Shown here piece after piece: positions 60,448 to 64,000 of a stretch of DNA of 64,000 bases. This stretch comes from the human T2T-CHM13v2.0 reference genome, Homo sapiens. The stretch lies in NCBI RefSeq assembly GCF_009914755.1, contig NC_060931.1. One strand, 5' to 3'. A program made the position numbers and the translations under genes. The notes under the pieces are model-generated. The model saw only the letters and a program-made list of their open reading frames with translations, did no database searches and had not been told where the DNA came from. Numbering within the stretch: the stretch's first letter is position 1; every line of letters begins with the position of its first letter.

Positions 60448-61881
60448 TAATTTTTTAAATGTCTCTTTTCCTGGATAGAATGTAAACTACATGAGTATGG
60501 GCTTCAGGTCTTCTAAAATTTTAGTGAGAAGCCTGGCACCTGGTAAAAATCAATTTGTATTTTGTGCAAAAATAAATTCATGAATGAATGGGATCTGTAA
60601 AGATGAGAAAGTATCATTGTGCTTATTTAATGTTGAATGATTCCTGTGTTGTCTTCCATTTCTAAGTGCCAGATATTTCTTTATATTCTCTGAGCCTCCA
60701 GACTGTGGTATAAGTACAAACCAAGAGACACAAAAATCAATTTAAAAGATAAATCTCTGTATTGTCAGCCTTGAGTTTAGATGGATGACATCATTGTTAC
60801 CTTGGTCATCTGTCTCACTTCAGACTTTTATTCATGCATCTTACTCATCCTGCCATTTCTCTAAGTCTTATAATCACCTACTCTACATTGATTCAGACCC
60901 ACATCTAATTGTGGTGGCCTCTGGGTTTTCCCACAGATAGCCACCAGGTTTTTATGATTTCTAGTTTTACTCCATTGGCCAGTGTGACTAAATCAAACCT
61001 GTGGGAAGGAGCTAAGATTTTTTTATTGTGGACCTATGTATGTGTATGTGATTTTTTAAAACTTTTGGCTGTGTGCTGAAAGAAGAATTGTGTTAACTTA
61101 TTTTTAATATTCTGCTACTTTCCCTTTGGGAAAGAAAAGTACATTTTCATGGTCAAATATGGGAACTTTATATTATTATTCACCATCAATTATAGATCTC
61201 ATAAATCAAAAAGCAGTATTAAATGTCATATTTGTAAATGCTATTTCTGGGAAATACCAGATCTAGTGTTATTTTGGGAAACTGTGGGTTGACCTTGCAA
61301 AACTCACATTAACGAGAAAAAAAAGCACATTTTAAATGGTGACACATCTAACAGGGAGCTTAACAGAGCAAGAGAAAGTGTGTAGGTGTTCAGTAGTAAC
61401 AACCTAATGGTACCACATTGTATTTCATGAATGGGAGCAATTCACAAAGTTCCCACAAATAGGACCTCATGCAAGAACACAACTGTATAGTGGTTTTCTC
61501 TATCCTTATTCTATCAACATTTTATGAGTCCCTACTAAGTAGCAGGGAGGATCCTAGTTATTGTGAAAATAAAAATGAGTGAGTTACAATTCCTTCCTGC
61601 ATGTAGCTCAGCTTAGCAGGGGAACTCAGATCTTATAGGTAAATCATTCATATTATATATTATAGAAACAACGAATCATAGGTTAGATCAACCAGGAGAG
61701 TAAAATCATGTCACCCAGCTTGACGCCCAGATGTGTTTTCTTGCATTTAATAAGCCAGTAGCAGAGAGGAATATAAGGAGCTATGTCAGAAACTTAATGG
61801 AGGTGATCTCTGTGCATAGCTTATTAATAACGATTTTCCAAATGTTCCATAGTTTCTAAGACAAGTATATATATTTTTTTA

Positions 61882-62165
<284 letters not shown>

Positions 62166-62387
62166 GAAGCCAAACCAAAAAGCCAGTTGTTTTAAGCTAC
62201 TATAATCTCTAATTTGTAACGATAATTTCAGTATTTCCTTGTGTTTATTTCCATACGCTTAGCCACTTGTGGAGTTTTCTTTTTGATGGTATTAAAATAA
62301 AATTCTTTCTTTTAAATCATTAAAATGCAGAGGTAAAAGAATCTTTCACTACAGACATTAGACAGCCTATGTGAGAATCTCTTAAGG

Positions 62388-62603
62388 CAGGAGTTGGCAA
62401 ACGTTTTCTATAAAGAGCCAGATAGCAGTAAATATTTTGGGCTTTGCAGGCTATATGGCCTCTGCTACAAGGATTTCTCTGCTTTTTAGCAGGAAAAAAA
62501 CCATAGATAATATGTAAATAAATGGGCGTGGCCATATTCCAGTAATACATTATTTAGAAGAATAGGCGGAAGGTTGAATTTGCCATAGTTTGCCCCACCC
62601 CTG
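62388..62603 (+). mobile_element. MER58A (hAT-Charlie) DNA transposon
   Basis: caggagttggcaaac...taaagagccagatag..taaatatttt.ggctttgc...gtttgcc..acccctg TIRs. Confidence 0.85.
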
Positions 62604-63329
62604 ACTTGGAGGATTCATTAAAAATGCAAAGACCAAGTTCTTACACCTTCCTGAATTAGATTTCAGAGAGATAAGCCTTTGGAATCTGTGTGCTTAACCA
62701 GTTGCATATATTATTAATATTATTATTATTACTTATACTCAAGTTTGTGAACTTTCATTTTATTTATATACTAGGATATCTGAGTCCTGAATTTGTCTCT
62801 ACAGTATTGCTAGGGGATTTTTCATTTAGCTTGAATAGTTACTTTGAACTTTTTTTTTTATTTTGAACTATATTTATGGAGTACACCTTTATCAGATGGA
62901 ACCTCTGTTTCAAATAATTGACCGAGAAAATATGAAGGGTAAGTTTCTGTTGAGTTAAAGTTCAAAAATGGAAATGCTGAAAGAACAAGGACCTTTTTCC
63001 TCCTCTTTATTGCTATATTTCTAGCACTTGGAACTATAACCGGCACAGGGCAGGTGTTTTGAGAAATATTTGTGTAATGAATGAATACACATTTGTATTA
63101 CTTCACTCTCGGCATACAGTGATGGCCTGAATCCAAATGGCTGCACTGTCCCTGTATTTGATATCTGGGTAATCAAGTCCTAGCCATAGCCTTTCTGCTT
63201 TTACACAATACCTTTTAGTTTTTATCCAATATTCCACCTGTTTGCATTAATTTTGGGGTTATGAATGCTGCCCTTAATTGTGCTGTTTCAACATTCATGG
63301 TTCCAAAGCAACATCTATAAGTATGAATG

Positions 63330-63720
63330 ATTATATTAGCTAAGGATCTTTTGACTATAATCAATGAAAATCCATATGGTCAACTTAAACAAAAAAGGTA
63401 TCTATTAGGAAAATGGGTTAGGTGAAAGCTCAGTATCAGGGGCCTGCTGAACTTCTCTCTGGAATGCTACCCAACATAACTCAGCTCCTAACCTTATCCT
63501 AACTCCAGGCCTGTGCACATGCTGTTCTGTGTGCCAGTTTTTAATTCTGAGAGATTGGGATTGGCCCAGCTAAGGGCAAGTGCCTGTTGTTTGGTTTAAT
63601 TTCTTGGCTGGTGGGTCAGGGGGACCATTATGTAACCATCCTTGTGGAGAGAAAATCAGAGATTACTACCAGAAGGATGTGGGAGAAGAGATGAGAGATG
63701 CTAGGAAGATGCAACTAGTT
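63330..63720. mobile_element. Possible old MLT1-family LTR fragment
   Basis: tattagctaaggatcttttg...aacttaaacaaaaaagg and ttggcccagct.aggg resemble MLT1J/K. Confidence 0.4.
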
Positions 63721-64000
63721 TAGATATGTTGATTTTGGTGCCTTTAAGAAAAAAAAAACTTTGCAAATAACTATTTGTGCTCTGATTTGCCAAAGCCCTG
63801 TTTTAAATTCTGCTATTAATGCAAACCAGGCTGCAGACCTCTGAGGTCCATGCTGATTCTTCTCTCCAGGCCTCTGGTCTGCTGTGAACAGGGCTGTTCT
63901 CTAATTGTTACAGACTTCCTCTAAACCTGAAGATTTGATTTGGAGCCTTGCTTTAGCTGCCTTTAGCTGGAAGATTTGATTTTGAGTCCTGTTTTTGCTT

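Overview
AT-rich primate (human-like) genomic DNA that looks intronic or intergenic. I can support no protein-coding gene, RNA gene or CRISPR array. The listed ORFs are Alu-, L1- or simple-repeat-derived, or chance short frames. The window is mostly interspersed repeats: about 17 Alu/FAM copies, a 5'-truncated L1PA15/16-like element, older L1M/L2/MIR fragments, MaLR solo LTRs (THE1, MLT1) and DNA-transposon relics (MER47A, MER58A). Subfamily names come from recalled consensus motifs and need RepeatMasker confirmation. The most unusual structure is a 3.7-kb cluster (27165-30842) of locally templated copies: a 169-bp-arm fold-back at the L1 3' end, a 195-bp direct copy with mosaic divergence, and a ~410-bp inverted duplication (~97% identical) whose junctions are scrambled palindromic AT filler. 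This reads as a template-switching scar and would give long non-Alu hairpins if transcribed. Other observations are a twin-primed old L1, a minisatellite of self-complementary units, a triplication at the L1 RT motif, close inverted Alu pairs, and candidate conserved non-coding elements and cryptic exons. I see no evidence of a new gene system.
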